A stretch of 24,000 nt of DNA, from positions 126,540 to 150,539 of the forward strand of contig NZ_FNJU01000011.1 of the NCBI RefSeq assembly GCF_900104555.1, in the 5' to 3' direction. Positions 1 to 7,860 of this stretch are shown here, in pieces (positions within the stretch are counted from its first letter, which is position 1; the number at the start of each line of letters is the position of its first letter). Origin of the DNA: Litchfieldia salsa. GTDB lineage: Bacteria > Bacillota > Bacilli > Bacillales > Bacillaceae_L. The notes beneath the pieces are model-generated. The model was given only the letters and a program-made list of their open reading frames with translations. It did not search any database and had not been told where the DNA came from. Both the position numbers and the translations under genes were made by a program.

Positions 1-370
1 CCATATCAGCTACAGTTGTCCCCACATCCTCTGCTGTGATATAGCGACCATTCAATCCTTGGATATAACGTCCAAATGCTCGAAACATTTCTTCATTTTT
101 ATCTTTACGTGGATCACCAATAATGACTGTTTTTCCCCCACCAAGATTCAAACCTGCGACAGCATTTTTATACGTCATGCCTTTTGCAAGGCGTAGGGCA
201 TCTTCGATTGCCGCCTCCTCTGTCTCATATGTCCACATACGTGTTCCACCTAGTGCTGGCCCAAGTGTTGTGTCATGGATTGCAATAATTGCTTTTAAGC
301 CTGATTGTTTGTCTTGGCACAGTACCAATTGTTCATAGTCATACATTTCCATATATTTAAACATTTCCAT
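1..370 (-). CDS. bcd: Leucine (branched-chain amino acid) dehydrogenase, N-terminal 123 codons. The 3' part lies beyond the window start.
   Basis: It is truncated, so it is not in the ORF track. Hand translation of the minus strand from ATG 370..368 gives [123 protein letters not shown], which fits the Glu/Leu/Phe/Val dehydrogenase family. An AAGGGGAGG RBS lies at 389..381. It follows ptb as in the bkd operon. Confidence 0.9.
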   Translation of the reverse strand, partial: MEMFKYMEMYDYEQLVLCQDKQSGLKAIIAIHDTTLGPALGGTRMWTYETEEAAIEDALRLAKGMTYKNAVAGLNLGGGKTVIIGDPRKDKNEEMFRAFGRYIQGLNGRYITAEDVGTTVADM

Positions 371-408
371 TTTGTAATTTCCTCCCCTTACTATCTAAAC
401 CAGATGCA

Positions 409-1314
409 TTATTTCTTTGAACAGCATACAGCTAATGCTAATGAATATAGCTTACTTTCAGCTGAATCTGATCTTGATGTCAATACGATTGGTACTTTTG
501 CTCCCGCTACAACTGCCCCAACTTTTGCACCTGCAAAATAGATGAGCGATTTGTATAAGCTATTTCCTACTTCAATAGAAGGCACTAATAAAATATCTGC
601 TTCCCCAGCAACTTCACTCTCAATCCCTTTTTGTTTAGCAGCAGATAATGAAACAGCGTTATCTAACGCTAGTGGGCCATCTACAATACAATCCTTAATT
701 TGGCCTCTCTTGTTCATTTGCGTTAGAATTGCACCATCAACTGTAGCACTCATTGAAGGATTGATTGTTTCAAGGGCAGCTAATGGGGCTACCTTTGGCA
801 TGTGAACACCCAGAGCCCTTGCAATCGAAACTGCGTTGGCAACTATTTCAACCTTTTGTTCTAAGGTCGGAGATATATTCATTCCAGCATCTGTTACAAA
901 GATTAATCGGTCATAGCCTTGTACTTCAAACACAGCAATATGAGAAAGTACTTTTCCTGTTCTGAGACCGTAATCTTTATTTAAAACAGCCTTAAGCAAT
1001 GTCGAGGAATGCAAGTTTCCTTTCATAAGGATGTCTGCGTCCTGAGAATGTACTGCCTTTACAGCAAGTTCTGCTGATTTCTCTTTCGAGTTTGAATGAA
1101 TGACTTTTATGTCATCATGCTTCACAAACGTTGGTCCTTTTTCTCTTAACAGCTGATTTATTTTCTCCCGATCACCAAATAAAAGGAATTTACCTAACCC
1201 GTGTTCAACCGCTTCAAGGACAGCTGATAAAACCTCTTCATCCTCTGCCACAGCAACCGCAATTGTCCGTTGAGAATAATCTTTTGCGCTTTGTACTAGC
1301 TCATTTAAATTCAT
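409..1314 (-). CDS. ptb: Phosphate butyryltransferase (phosphotransacylase family)
   Basis: The 301-aa ORF is a full-length phosphate acetyl/butyryl transferase-like sequence. A GAAAGGAAAGG RBS lies upstream of ATG 1314. It sits between bkdR and bcd as in the B. subtilis bkd operon. Confidence 0.9.
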   Translation of the reverse strand: MNLNELVQSAKDYSQRTIAVAVAEDEEVLSAVLEAVEHGLGKFLLFGDREKINQLLREKGPTFVKHDDIKVIHSNSKEKSAELAVKAVHSQDADILMKGNLHSSTLLKAVLNKDYGLRTGKVLSHIAVFEVQGYDRLIFVTDAGMNISPTLEQKVEIVANAVSIARALGVHMPKVAPLAALETINPSMSATVDGAILTQMNKRGQIKDCIVDGPLALDNAVSLSAAKQKGIESEVAGEADILLVPSIEVGNSLYKSLIYFAGAKVGAVVAGAKVPIVLTSRSDSAESKLYSLALAVCCSKK

Positions 1315-1360
1315 TGAATATGAACCTTTCCTTTCTCATTTACCAGCTATCCTTATATCA

Positions 1361-1376
1361 TGCAAAAAACGTGCCA
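1361..1376 (-). promoter_or_regulatory. Sigma-54 (-24/-12) promoter of the ptb-bcd (bkd) operon
   Basis: The minus strand reads TGGCACGTTTTTTGCA, which is TGGCAC-N5-TTGCA and a perfect match to the -24 GG / -12 GC consensus. It lies 47 nt upstream of the ptb ATG and directly downstream of the sigma-54 activator gene bkdR. Confidence 0.85.
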
Positions 1377-1417
1377 ACTCCTGAATCTTATGTAAATAAA
1401 GAGATTATCATTTTTCC

Positions 1418-1467
1418 ATGCAAAACATTGCATGCATCTGCAGATTATTGCATGCTGTTATTTGCAA
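1418..1467 (-). promoter_or_regulatory. Putative upstream activating sequences (enhancer-binding-protein sites) for the sigma-54 promoter
   Basis: There is a perfect palindrome ATGCAA-AACA-TTGCAT at 1418..1433. A further TTGCA...TTGCAA pair lies at 1448..1467. Both sit 40-100 bp upstream of the -24/-12 element and overlap the 3' end of bkdR. Confidence 0.5.
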
Positions 1468-3511
1468 GGTTATATTTCTCAAGTTTATAGTAGAGACTCC
1501 TCAAGGAAATCTCCAATGATTTTGCCGTTAGGGTTTTATTCCCATTAAATTGAGCTAATTTTTTACTTATAACTTCAGCCTCGTATAACTCTAGTATCTC
1601 TGCGAGTGATCGTTCTGACTCAGCTTTCTCTACCTCTGTTTGCACTGTTTCTGGCTTGATGGCCTCCAATGATTTAAGGTGTTGAACATCAATTACAAAT
1701 TCATTGGATTTCATAAATATTACCGCTCGTCCCAAAACATTTTCTAATTCTCTTACATTTCCAGGCCATTGATAATTCATTAAGTGATTAACAGCATCTT
1801 GGGTCAACCCTTCAATATTCCGACCATAATCTTGGTTTATCTTGTACAATAAATGCTGCGTTAACTCTGCTATATCTTGTTTCCGTAAGCGGAGGGGAGG
1901 GATATGAATAGGCATCCGATTTAACCGATAATATAAATCTTCCCTGAAAACACCACTTGCGATTGCCTTTTCTAAATTCACGTTCGTAGCTGCAATTACC
2001 CTTACATTTAATGTAATAGATTTAGTTCCACCAACACGAACGATCTCATGCTCTTGTAATACTCTTAGTAGTTTTGCTTGTGTACCTGAAGATAATTCAC
2101 CGATTTCATCTAAAAAGATGCTACCATTGTTAGCTTCTTCAAACAAACCACGTTTCCCACCGCGCTTAGCACCCGAAAAAGCCCCCTCCTCATAACCGAA
2201 CAATTCACTCTCAAGTAATGACTCCGAAAGTGCCGCACAATTAACTCTAACAAATTTGTTGAACTTTCGATCACTCGCATTATGAATAGCGTGAGCAAAT
2301 AACTCTTTTCCTGTTCCAGATTCCCCTCTTAGCAAAACAGTTGCTGGGGTTTTAGCACCAAGCTTAGCCTGTTCAATTGCTACCTTCATTTCTTCCGATA
2401 TTGCAACGATGTCCTCGAATGAATATTTAGCTTCCAAGGTTCTAATAATTTGCCTAGCTCTATGTAATTCATTTGTTAATGTACGAATTTCAGACATATC
2501 GTGAATGACTGCTACACTACCTTTTAATTTCCCATCAACAATAATAGGTGCAACATTTACAACAACGTCCTTTTTATTTGGCCCCACTTTAAGTTGGACA
2601 CCACGAACGGCTCTTCTAGTAGTTAATACTTGCATATGCATACTTTCACCCTCAGATATATCTGCATCTGCTGGCTTGCCTATCACTTCTTGTTCACTTA
2701 ATCCTGTTATTCTAGTATATGCAGGGTTAATAATAATGCCTCTCCCCTGCTCATCTACAACTGAAATCGCGTCATCAGAAGATTGAATGACGGCTTCAAG
2801 CATTGTTTGAATTTCTCTTAAGTTTGTAATTTCAGCAGCTAATGTAACAACTTCAGTTATTTCTTTGAAAACTGCAAAAGCACCGAATAAAAGTCCTGAA
2901 TCATTAATCATTGGAATTCTTGTTGTAATAATCTTTTTTCCATTTTTCAGGACCAACTCTTGATTCACTTCAATTTTTCTTGAGGATAATACAGTTGGTA
3001 GCTTAGTCATAGGAATTACATCTCGAATATGCTTACCAAAAACATCTTCTTTCCTTAGTTCCGTTATCTTTTCTGCACTTTTATTAAATAAGATGACCTG
3101 GCTATTTTGATCTATGACAATCATTCCATCATGCGTCGAATTGAATATCAAATCATGTTTGTAGGATTCATCTTTCAATATTGATATAAGCGATTCTTTT
3201 TCTTCCATCAACTGTGCTGTTATTCTAGCAACAGCTCCAGGTATAACAACTGTATTCTTACCTCTAGATTCTCTTATTTCTTTAAAGACCTCTTCATCAC
3301 CAGTAGCTTCAACGACAATATCAATATCATCAGAAAGATATTGACTCCAATCATTGTCTTCACAAATATTCAATTGTTTAGCTAAAAGCCTGCCAGGAGC
3401 ATTTGGATTTGGGTCGATCACAGACACGATTTTCATCATTTTAGTATCATATAAATTTTTCAGGATGGCTGTCCCACCCTTACCTGCACCGACAATTAAT
3501 ACTCTTTGCAA
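1445..3511 (-). CDS. bkdR: Sigma-54-dependent transcriptional activator with PAS domains (BkdR type)
   Basis: The ORF is 688 aa with a TTG start at 3511 preceded by a GGGAGG RBS. The central AAA+ module has [15 protein letters not shown] (Walker A), GAFSGA (GAFTGA-type sigma-54 contact loop) and FLDEIGE (Walker B). There is a C-terminal HTH. Confidence 0.9.
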   Translation of the reverse strand: MQRVLIVGAGKGGTAILKNLYDTKMMKIVSVIDPNPNAPGRLLAKQLNICEDNDWSQYLSDDIDIVVEATGDEEVFKEIRESRGKNTVVIPGAVARITAQLMEEKESLISILKDESYKHDLIFNSTHDGMIVIDQNSQVILFNKSAEKITELRKEDVFGKHIRDVIPMTKLPTVLSSRKIEVNQELVLKNGKKIITTRIPMINDSGLLFGAFAVFKEITEVVTLAAEITNLREIQTMLEAVIQSSDDAISVVDEQGRGIIINPAYTRITGLSEQEVIGKPADADISEGESMHMQVLTTRRAVRGVQLKVGPNKKDVVVNVAPIIVDGKLKGSVAVIHDMSEIRTLTNELHRARQIIRTLEAKYSFEDIVAISEEMKVAIEQAKLGAKTPATVLLRGESGTGKELFAHAIHNASDRKFNKFVRVNCAALSESLLESELFGYEEGAFSGAKRGGKRGLFEEANNGSIFLDEIGELSSGTQAKLLRVLQEHEIVRVGGTKSITLNVRVIAATNVNLEKAIASGVFREDLYYRLNRMPIHIPPLRLRKQDIAELTQHLLYKINQDYGRNIEGLTQDAVNHLMNYQWPGNVRELENVLGRAVIFMKSNEFVIDVQHLKSLEAIKPETVQTEVEKAESERSLAEILELYEAEVISKKLAQFNGNKTLTAKSLEISLRSLYYKLEKYNLANNSMQ

Positions 3512-3604
3512 ACCATTAACCTCCCACTACTATCAATTTCCGAGTTAACACGGGATTTCATATATATATTGAACCATCTTAAACTCCTTCAAAAGCACAA
3601 CCAT

Positions 3605-3633
3605 TATTTATGTAGTTATGTAGCCGGAATCAA
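3605..3633 (-). promoter_or_regulatory. Candidate sigma-A-type promoter for bkdR
   Basis: The minus strand has TTGATT (3633..3628), a 17-nt spacer and TAAATA (3610..3605), about 95 nt upstream of the TTG start. This rests on the sequence pattern only. Confidence 0.3.
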
Positions 3634-3638
3634 TAATA

Positions 3639-3694
3639 TGCAATTTTTTGCAAATTTTGATTTATCCAACAACTCATTGTGCAATCTCTTGCAC
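3639..3694. promoter_or_regulatory. Two TGCAA-N4-TTGCA palindromes upstream of bkdR
   Basis: TGCAA-TTTT-TTGCA lies at 3639..3652 and GTGCAA-TCTC-TTGCAC at 3679..3694, with centres 41 bp apart. The architecture matches the palindrome at 1418..1433. Confidence 0.35.
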
Positions 3695-3792
3695 ATCTCT
3701 ATCATACTTAAATTTTTGTATCTTGACAAATCTTTTTTTTAGCATAACAATCGTTATAGACCTTATTTTACGTTGAAAGGAATTTTTTACTC

Positions 3793-4029
3793 ATGCAACG
3801 AATCATAGCCTTAATCATCATGTTAATCCCAGGTATTATTGCAGCTCTTGGGATCAAAATGATGAGAGACATGCTTTTTAATATCTTACACGCACCAATC
3901 CCAAATCTTTTTCTTCAATTTTTGATTGGATTTCTCTTTTTTGTTATAGGACTTGGATTTATAGCAGGGTTTGTCCTACACCGAGACCGTAAACGAAACA
4001 AAGTTCAACAACGATTTCAAAAAAAATAA
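3793..4029 (+). CDS. Small two-TM membrane protein with a basic C-terminus (hypothetical)
   Basis: The 78-aa ORF has two long hydrophobic segments (IIALIIMLIPGIIAALGI and FLQFLIGFLFFVIGLGFIAGFVL) and a tail HRDRKRNKVQQRFQKK. It is followed directly by a terminator hairpin. Confidence 0.6.
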   Translation: MQRIIALIIMLIPGIIAALGIKMMRDMLFNILHAPIPNLFLQFLIGFLFFVIGLGFIAGFVLHRDRKRNKVQQRFQKK

Positions 4030-4050
4030 GAGGCTGCATCGCAACCTCTT
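4028..4050. terminator. Bidirectional rho-independent terminator shared by the small membrane protein gene and the phosphodiesterase gene
   Basis: The hairpin AAGAGGCTGC-atc-GCAACCTCTT has 9 of 10 positions paired. The minus strand has a T8 run (plus-strand A-run 4016..4026) and the plus strand has CTTTT. Confidence 0.6.
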
Positions 4051-4054
4051 ACTT

Positions 4055-4783
4055 TTACCTCTTCTTCAATTTAAGAGCTTTTTCGGGATAGTCCGTGATG
4101 ATTGCATCACAGGAATACGAGATCATTTTTTTCATTCCTGCTTCATCGTTGATTGTAAAGGGACGAACACTAACATTATGTTGATGACATTCTTTTACAA
4201 TATCCTCCCTAACTGTACGGTGGTAAGGATGTATGGAACGAAGTCCTAATTTCTTTGCATATTCCCACGGCTCATATATTTTTTCCATGTAAAGAATAGC
4301 AGCTTCAATGGAAGGATCTATCATATTAGCTTTCACCATACTTTCGTGATTGAAAGACGACAAAAACACTCTTTGTTTTAACTGATATCTGTTAATAAAA
4401 TTAATCGTTTTCTGCTCAATGTCTGGATAATCAATTAAGCTGTTTTTGAGTTCAACATTTATGACAAGCTCATTTGATAGTGCCCATTCAAATACTTCCT
4501 CAAGAGTAGGTATCCCACAAAAACCATATTTATCACCAAACTTGTAACTTGCATCTAATTCTTTCAGTTCACTCGCCTTAAGGTCTTTAACCCAACCTGA
4601 ACCATTTGTTGTACGGTCTACCTTATCATCATGAATAACCATTAAAACATGATCTTTTGAGAGATGCACATCTAATTCAATACCATAAGCACCAACACGC
4701 TCCGCCTCTTTAAAAGAAATCATCGTGTTTTCCGGATGAGTTCCTGCAGCACCTCTATGCCCTATAATCTTTGTCTTCCTCAT
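4055..4783 (-). CDS. yqiK: Glycerophosphodiester phosphodiesterase (GDPD family)
   Basis: The 242-aa ORF has the N-terminal GDPD signature IGHRGAAGTHPENT and later ELDVHLSKD. A GGAGG RBS precedes ATG 4783. Confidence 0.85.
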   Translation of the reverse strand: MRKTKIIGHRGAAGTHPENTMISFKEAERVGAYGIELDVHLSKDHVLMVIHDDKVDRTTNGSGWVKDLKASELKELDASYKFGDKYGFCGIPTLEEVFEWALSNELVINVELKNSLIDYPDIEQKTINFINRYQLKQRVFLSSFNHESMVKANMIDPSIEAAILYMEKIYEPWEYAKKLGLRSIHPYHRTVREDIVKECHQHNVSVRPFTINDEAGMKKMISYSCDAIITDYPEKALKLKKR

Positions 4784-4802
4784 ATGATATGGACCTCCAA
4801 TT

Positions 4803-4811
4803 TGTTATAAT
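4803..4811 (+). promoter_or_regulatory. Candidate extended -10 promoter (TGTTATAAT) for the 46-codon ORF
   Basis: TGnTATAAT lies at 4803..4811, about 60 nt upstream of ATG 4874. There is no convincing -35. Confidence 0.35.
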
Positions 4812-4873
4812 ATATTTATATTTAAAATAATACAAAACGACAAACCATTTGGTTATCGCTTGGGAGGATAAAA

Positions 4874-5014
4874 ATGAAACCACTACAAATAAGTGCCGAT
4901 ACAGCCGTAAAACTCGCTAAGGCTTTAGGTGTTCCACTAGAACAGATTATGCACATGCCTCAACATATATTAATTCAAAAAATGATTGAGCTAGAGAAAA
5001 ACGAAGCAAAATAA
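4874..5014 (+). CDS. Hypothetical 46-aa protein resembling the C-terminal half of an XRE-type HTH domain
   Basis: It falls below the ORF-track cutoff. The hand translation is MKPLQISADTAVKLAKALGVPLEQIMHMPQHILIQKMIELEKNEAK. A strong GGGAGG RBS ends 7 nt before the ATG. It has its own terminator at 5025..5061. Confidence 0.5.
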   Translation: MKPLQISADTAVKLAKALGVPLEQIMHMPQHILIQKMIELEKNEAK

Positions 5015-5024
5015 GTTATTTAAA

Positions 5025-5061
5025 CGTTATATGACCATTTCATTGGTCTATAACGGTTTTT
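5025..5061 (+). terminator. Rho-independent terminator after the 46-codon ORF
   Basis: A 12-bp stem pairs 5025-5037 with 5044-5055, with one bulge and the loop TTTCAT. It is followed by GTTTTTATTTT. Confidence 0.6.
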
Positions 5062-5083
5062 ATTTTAAACGTTCACTAAATGT

Positions 5084-5123
5084 AAAAACACCCATACTTG
5101 TTGATTACAACAAATAATAGGTG
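5084..5123 (-). terminator. Rho-independent terminator of spo0A
   Basis: The minus strand reads CACCTATTATTTGTTG-TAAT-CAACAAGTATGGGTG. This forms a stem of about 15 bp with one bulge, followed by TTTTT. It lies 55 nt downstream of the spo0A stop. Confidence 0.6.
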
Positions 5124-5177
5124 CTTTTCCTCGTTATCATAAATTATTATTGCATGATTCCCTTAGTCCTTACCCTC

Positions 5178-5978
5178 TCAAGAAGCCTTATGTTCCAAAC
5201 GAAGTTTATCAGCAACCATCGCGATGAATTCCGAATTTGTCGGTTTAGCTTTTGACATGGATACAGTGTAGCCAAATAGTGAGGAGATGCTGTCGATATT
5301 TCCTCTGCTCCAAGCTACTTCAATCGCATGACGGATAGCACGTTCAACACGACTTGCTGTAGTATTAAATTTCTTAGCAATATCTGGATATAGAACTTTA
5401 GTTATCGAACCTAGAAGCTCAATATCGTTATAAACCATCGAGATAGCCTCTCGTAAGTATAAATACCCTTTAATGTGCGCAGGCACGCCGATTTCATGAA
5501 TAATGCTTGTTATATTAGCATCTAGGTTTCTCGGTCCATTGTTTTCAGAATTTGATCTATATGTGTTTGTTTGTGAAGCTCTTTTTATTACAGATGTTGC
5601 ATTACCACTTACTTGACGAATAGTAGCTCCAAGATTCTCCATATCAAACGGTTTTAAGATAAAATATGATGCACCTAAATCAACAGCCTTTTTTGTAACA
5701 TCTTCTTGACCAAATGCAGTGAGCATAATAACGTTCGGCTGATTACTTTTGTTTACTTCACGAAGCTTCTCCAAAACAGCTAAACCATCTAAATGCGGCA
5801 TAATGATATCAAGTAATAAAACATCTGGTTGTTGCTCCTGTAATAAATTCAAGCAATCCTGACCATTATAGGCAACGCCAAGTATCTCCATATCATCTTG
5901 GCTAGAAATATACTCTTCTAATAAATTTACAAGTTCCTTATTATCATCCACTACACAAACCTTAATTTTTTTCAACAT
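5178..5978 (-). CDS. spo0A: Sporulation master response regulator Spo0A
   Basis: The ORF is 266 aa. The receiver domain includes VVDDN and [13 protein letters not shown]. The Spo0A-specific C-terminal DNA-binding domain includes [19 protein letters not shown] and [24 protein letters not shown] is present. Confidence 0.97.
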   Translation of the reverse strand: MLKKIKVCVVDDNKELVNLLEEYISSQDDMEILGVAYNGQDCLNLLQEQQPDVLLLDIIMPHLDGLAVLEKLREVNKSNQPNVIMLTAFGQEDVTKKAVDLGASYFILKPFDMENLGATIRQVSGNATSVIKRASQTNTYRSNSENNGPRNLDANITSIIHEIGVPAHIKGYLYLREAISMVYNDIELLGSITKVLYPDIAKKFNTTASRVERAIRHAIEVAWSRGNIDSISSLFGYTVSMSKAKPTNSEFIAMVADKLRLEHKAS

Positions 5979-6041
5979 ATGTTCCTCCTCGATCTAAGTC
6001 GCACTTTAATATCTTTTGGTTATATCTCTATTCTAAAGAAT

Positions 6042-6070
6042 GATTTCGACAATGCAATATAAAATCCTCT
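6042..6070 (-). promoter_or_regulatory. Candidate sigma-H-type sporulation promoter of spo0A (Ps-like) overlapped by a 0A box
   Basis: The minus strand has AGAGGATTT (6070..6062), an 11-nt spacer and GTCGAAATC (6050..6042). This resembles the sigma-H consensus RNAGGAWWW-N11/12-RNNGAATWW. TGTCGAA (6051..6045) overlaps the -10. Confidence 0.5.
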
Positions 6071-6182
6071 ATTTTTTTAAAAAAAACGTAAAAAAACATT
6101 GAAATCTAGATTTTCCTCCATTATACTTAATGATTCGACTAAAAACGCCATTTGACAAAGATTACCCCTTGACTTTGTCGAA
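6045..6182. promoter_or_regulatory. Cluster of Spo0A-box heptamers in the spo0A control region
   Basis: TGTCGAA lies on the minus strand at 6051..6045. AGTCGAA (6 of 7 positions) lies on the minus strand at 6140..6134. TGTCGAA lies on the plus strand at 6176..6182. A TATAAT (6125..6120, minus strand) lies between them. Confidence 0.5.
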
Positions 6183-6219
6183 TAATCTTTAATGGAAAAG
6201 CTAGAGAACAATACTAAGT

Positions 6220-6243
6220 AAAAAAAAGCTTTCTTTCAAAGCT
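6220..6243 (-). terminator. Weak rho-independent terminator downstream (minus sense) of the GC-rich element
   Basis: On the minus strand a hairpin AGCTTT-GAAAG-AAAGCT is followed by T7-8 (plus-strand A-run 6220..6227). The stem is AT-rich. Confidence 0.4.
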
Positions 6244-6280
6244 TGTTGTTTAGATATATACCATTCAAATGTAGTTACAA

Positions 6281-6398
6281 GCAGGCTGAATACACGTAGA
6301 CTCCTGCGGGATCAGTGGCCATAGTGAGACCCCGCAGGAGCATTAGCGACGAGGAGGCTCACTGGTCACCCGCCGGACGCGGAGTGTATTCAGCCTGC
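6281..6398. repeat. GC-rich nested inverted-repeat element (REP/MITE-like element or small structured RNA)
   Basis: A perfect 15-bp outer inverted repeat pairs GCAGGCTGAATACAC (6281-6295) with GTGTATTCAGCCTGC (6384-6398). A perfect 10-bp inner repeat pairs CTCCTGCGGG (6301-6310) with CCCGCAGGAG (6331-6340). G+C is 73/118 (62%) by hand count, in an AT-rich spacer. Confidence 0.6.
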
Positions 6399-6427
6399 GG
6401 CTTTAAAAGCAACAACCTATAGGAAAA

Positions 6428-6465
6428 CAGCCTAAAAAAAACAAAAAGCAAGCTCTTAGCTCGCT
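6428..6465 (-). terminator. Rho-independent terminator of spoIVB
   Basis: The minus strand reads GCGAGCT-AAG-AGCTTGC followed by TTTTTGTTTTTTTT. The hairpin overlaps the spoIVB stop codon at 6458..6456. Confidence 0.75.
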
Positions 6466-7751
6466 TTTTGTTTCTCGTCATTCTCATAAATATTAATACC
6501 CGCTTCGTTCAACATCCATTCAATGTGAACACCGTATCCACTAGTCGGGTCATTAACGAAAACATGTGTAACCGCACCAATCAATTTTCCATCTTGAATA
6601 ATTGGGCTCCCACTCATTCCCTGAACGATTCCACCAGTTTTACTTAATAATCTTTCATCTGTAATCTTTACAACCATTCCTTTTGTAGCAGGAAATTTCT
6701 GTGGGACTGAACTAACAACTTCGACATCAAATTCCTCAACTTTGTCATTTTCAACTACAGTTAAGATTTTGGCTGGTCCCTCTTTCACTTGGTGAGAAAG
6801 TGTAATCGGAATTGCTTTGTCCATAATTCCGTTATCTACTTGTTTAGATAGTTCACCAAAGATTCCAAATGGACTGTTTCTTGTAATATTACCGATCACT
6901 TCTTTATCAGCAGAGAAACGAGCTAATTTTTCACCTGGTTCTCCATTACTTCCTTTATGGATCGATGTTACCGTGGATCTAACAATTTGGCCATCTTGAA
7001 CAACGATCGGCTTTTTTGTATCCATATCAGAAATCACATGCCCTAACGCACCATATTTTTTTGAATTAGGGTGGAAAAATGTCATCGTGCCAATTCCTGC
7101 AGCAGAATCTCGAATATATAAACCGATACGATATGCATGATCATTTTTATCCTTCATCGGAATTAGTTTAGTTTTTATTTCTTCTCTTTCTCTTGCAATG
7201 ACAAGATCTAAAGGTTTTCCTGTCTTACCTGATTCTTGAACGAATGGAGTAACATCACTCATCTTCTCAATTTTTTTCCCGTTAATCTCCTTGATAATAT
7301 CTCCAACTTCTACACCAGCTATTTCTCCTGGTGATTGCTTTCCTTCAGCTGTATCAATTTGATGATGTCCGACAACCAATACTCCTAAAGTATTTAATTT
7401 AACTCCAATTGATTGTCCTCCAGGTATTACTTTAAAATCAGAAAGAACGTTAACATCCACTTTTTTAATAGGAATTCCTGCCATCTCAAGCATCATGTAA
7501 CCTTCACCACTTTCTTTCGCATCAATCGAAAGGGTGTCATTACTTTTTGTTGAGGAGAAAGCTTCCACTTCAGTTCCCTGTATATTAGCTGATACTGGTA
7601 ATGAAGTTTCAAATGAATATTCCTGTCCTTCAAATAAAGTTAATTGCTTCGGTATTTCAATCATCTCTTTTAAAGGCTGACAAAACCCTAAAGCTACAAG
7701 TGAAACAAGGAGAAATGCGCCTATTAATTTTCTTATTTTCTCTCTATTCAA
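6456..7751 (-). CDS. spoIVB: SpoIVB stage IV sporulation signalling serine peptidase (S55, PDZ-containing)
   Basis: The ORF is 431 aa with a TTG start. It has an N-terminal signal/TM segment ([15 protein letters not shown]), a PDZ-like region ([12 protein letters not shown]), and a peptidase S55 core with GALGHVISD and GMSGSPII. Confidence 0.93.
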   Translation of the reverse strand: MNREKIRKLIGAFLLVSLVALGFCQPLKEMIEIPKQLTLFEGQEYSFETSLPVSANIQGTEVEAFSSTKSNDTLSIDAKESGEGYMMLEMAGIPIKKVDVNVLSDFKVIPGGQSIGVKLNTLGVLVVGHHQIDTAEGKQSPGEIAGVEVGDIIKEINGKKIEKMSDVTPFVQESGKTGKPLDLVIAREREEIKTKLIPMKDKNDHAYRIGLYIRDSAAGIGTMTFFHPNSKKYGALGHVISDMDTKKPIVVQDGQIVRSTVTSIHKGSNGEPGEKLARFSADKEVIGNITRNSPFGIFGELSKQVDNGIMDKAIPITLSHQVKEGPAKILTVVENDKVEEFDVEVVSSVPQKFPATKGMVVKITDERLLSKTGGIVQGMSGSPIIQDGKLIGAVTHVFVNDPTSGYGVHIEWMLNEAGINIYENDEKQKAS

Positions 7752-7860
7752 ATCAAATCACTCTCCTCGCTCCTAACCCACACACCTTACTTGGCTACAT
7801 CCTTTAATTTGGCCTTAAAAGGCAACATTTATAACTATAAATCGATTTAAAAATGCTACC

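Noticed and set aside
3506-3742. 78-aa plus-strand ORF in the bkdR upstream spacer
   Set aside because: It begins inside the bkdR start region and has no RBS. Its composition is AT-rich and low-complexity. The region is better explained as a divergent promoter and operator spacer.
6281-6398. GC-rich element as a protein-coding fragment or a MITE with target-site duplication
   Set aside because: One frame is open across the element, but it has no start codon or RBS and other frames carry stops. No direct repeat flanks the 15-bp inverted repeats (left flank ...TTACAA, right flank GGCTTT...). A recent transposition cannot be claimed from this single copy.
7752-7860. Forespore sigma-F/sigma-G promoter upstream of spoIVB
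   Set aside because: Biology predicts one here, but I could not find a convincing match to the GHATR-N17/18-CATNNTA or sigma-F consensus by eye, so it is not reported as a feature.
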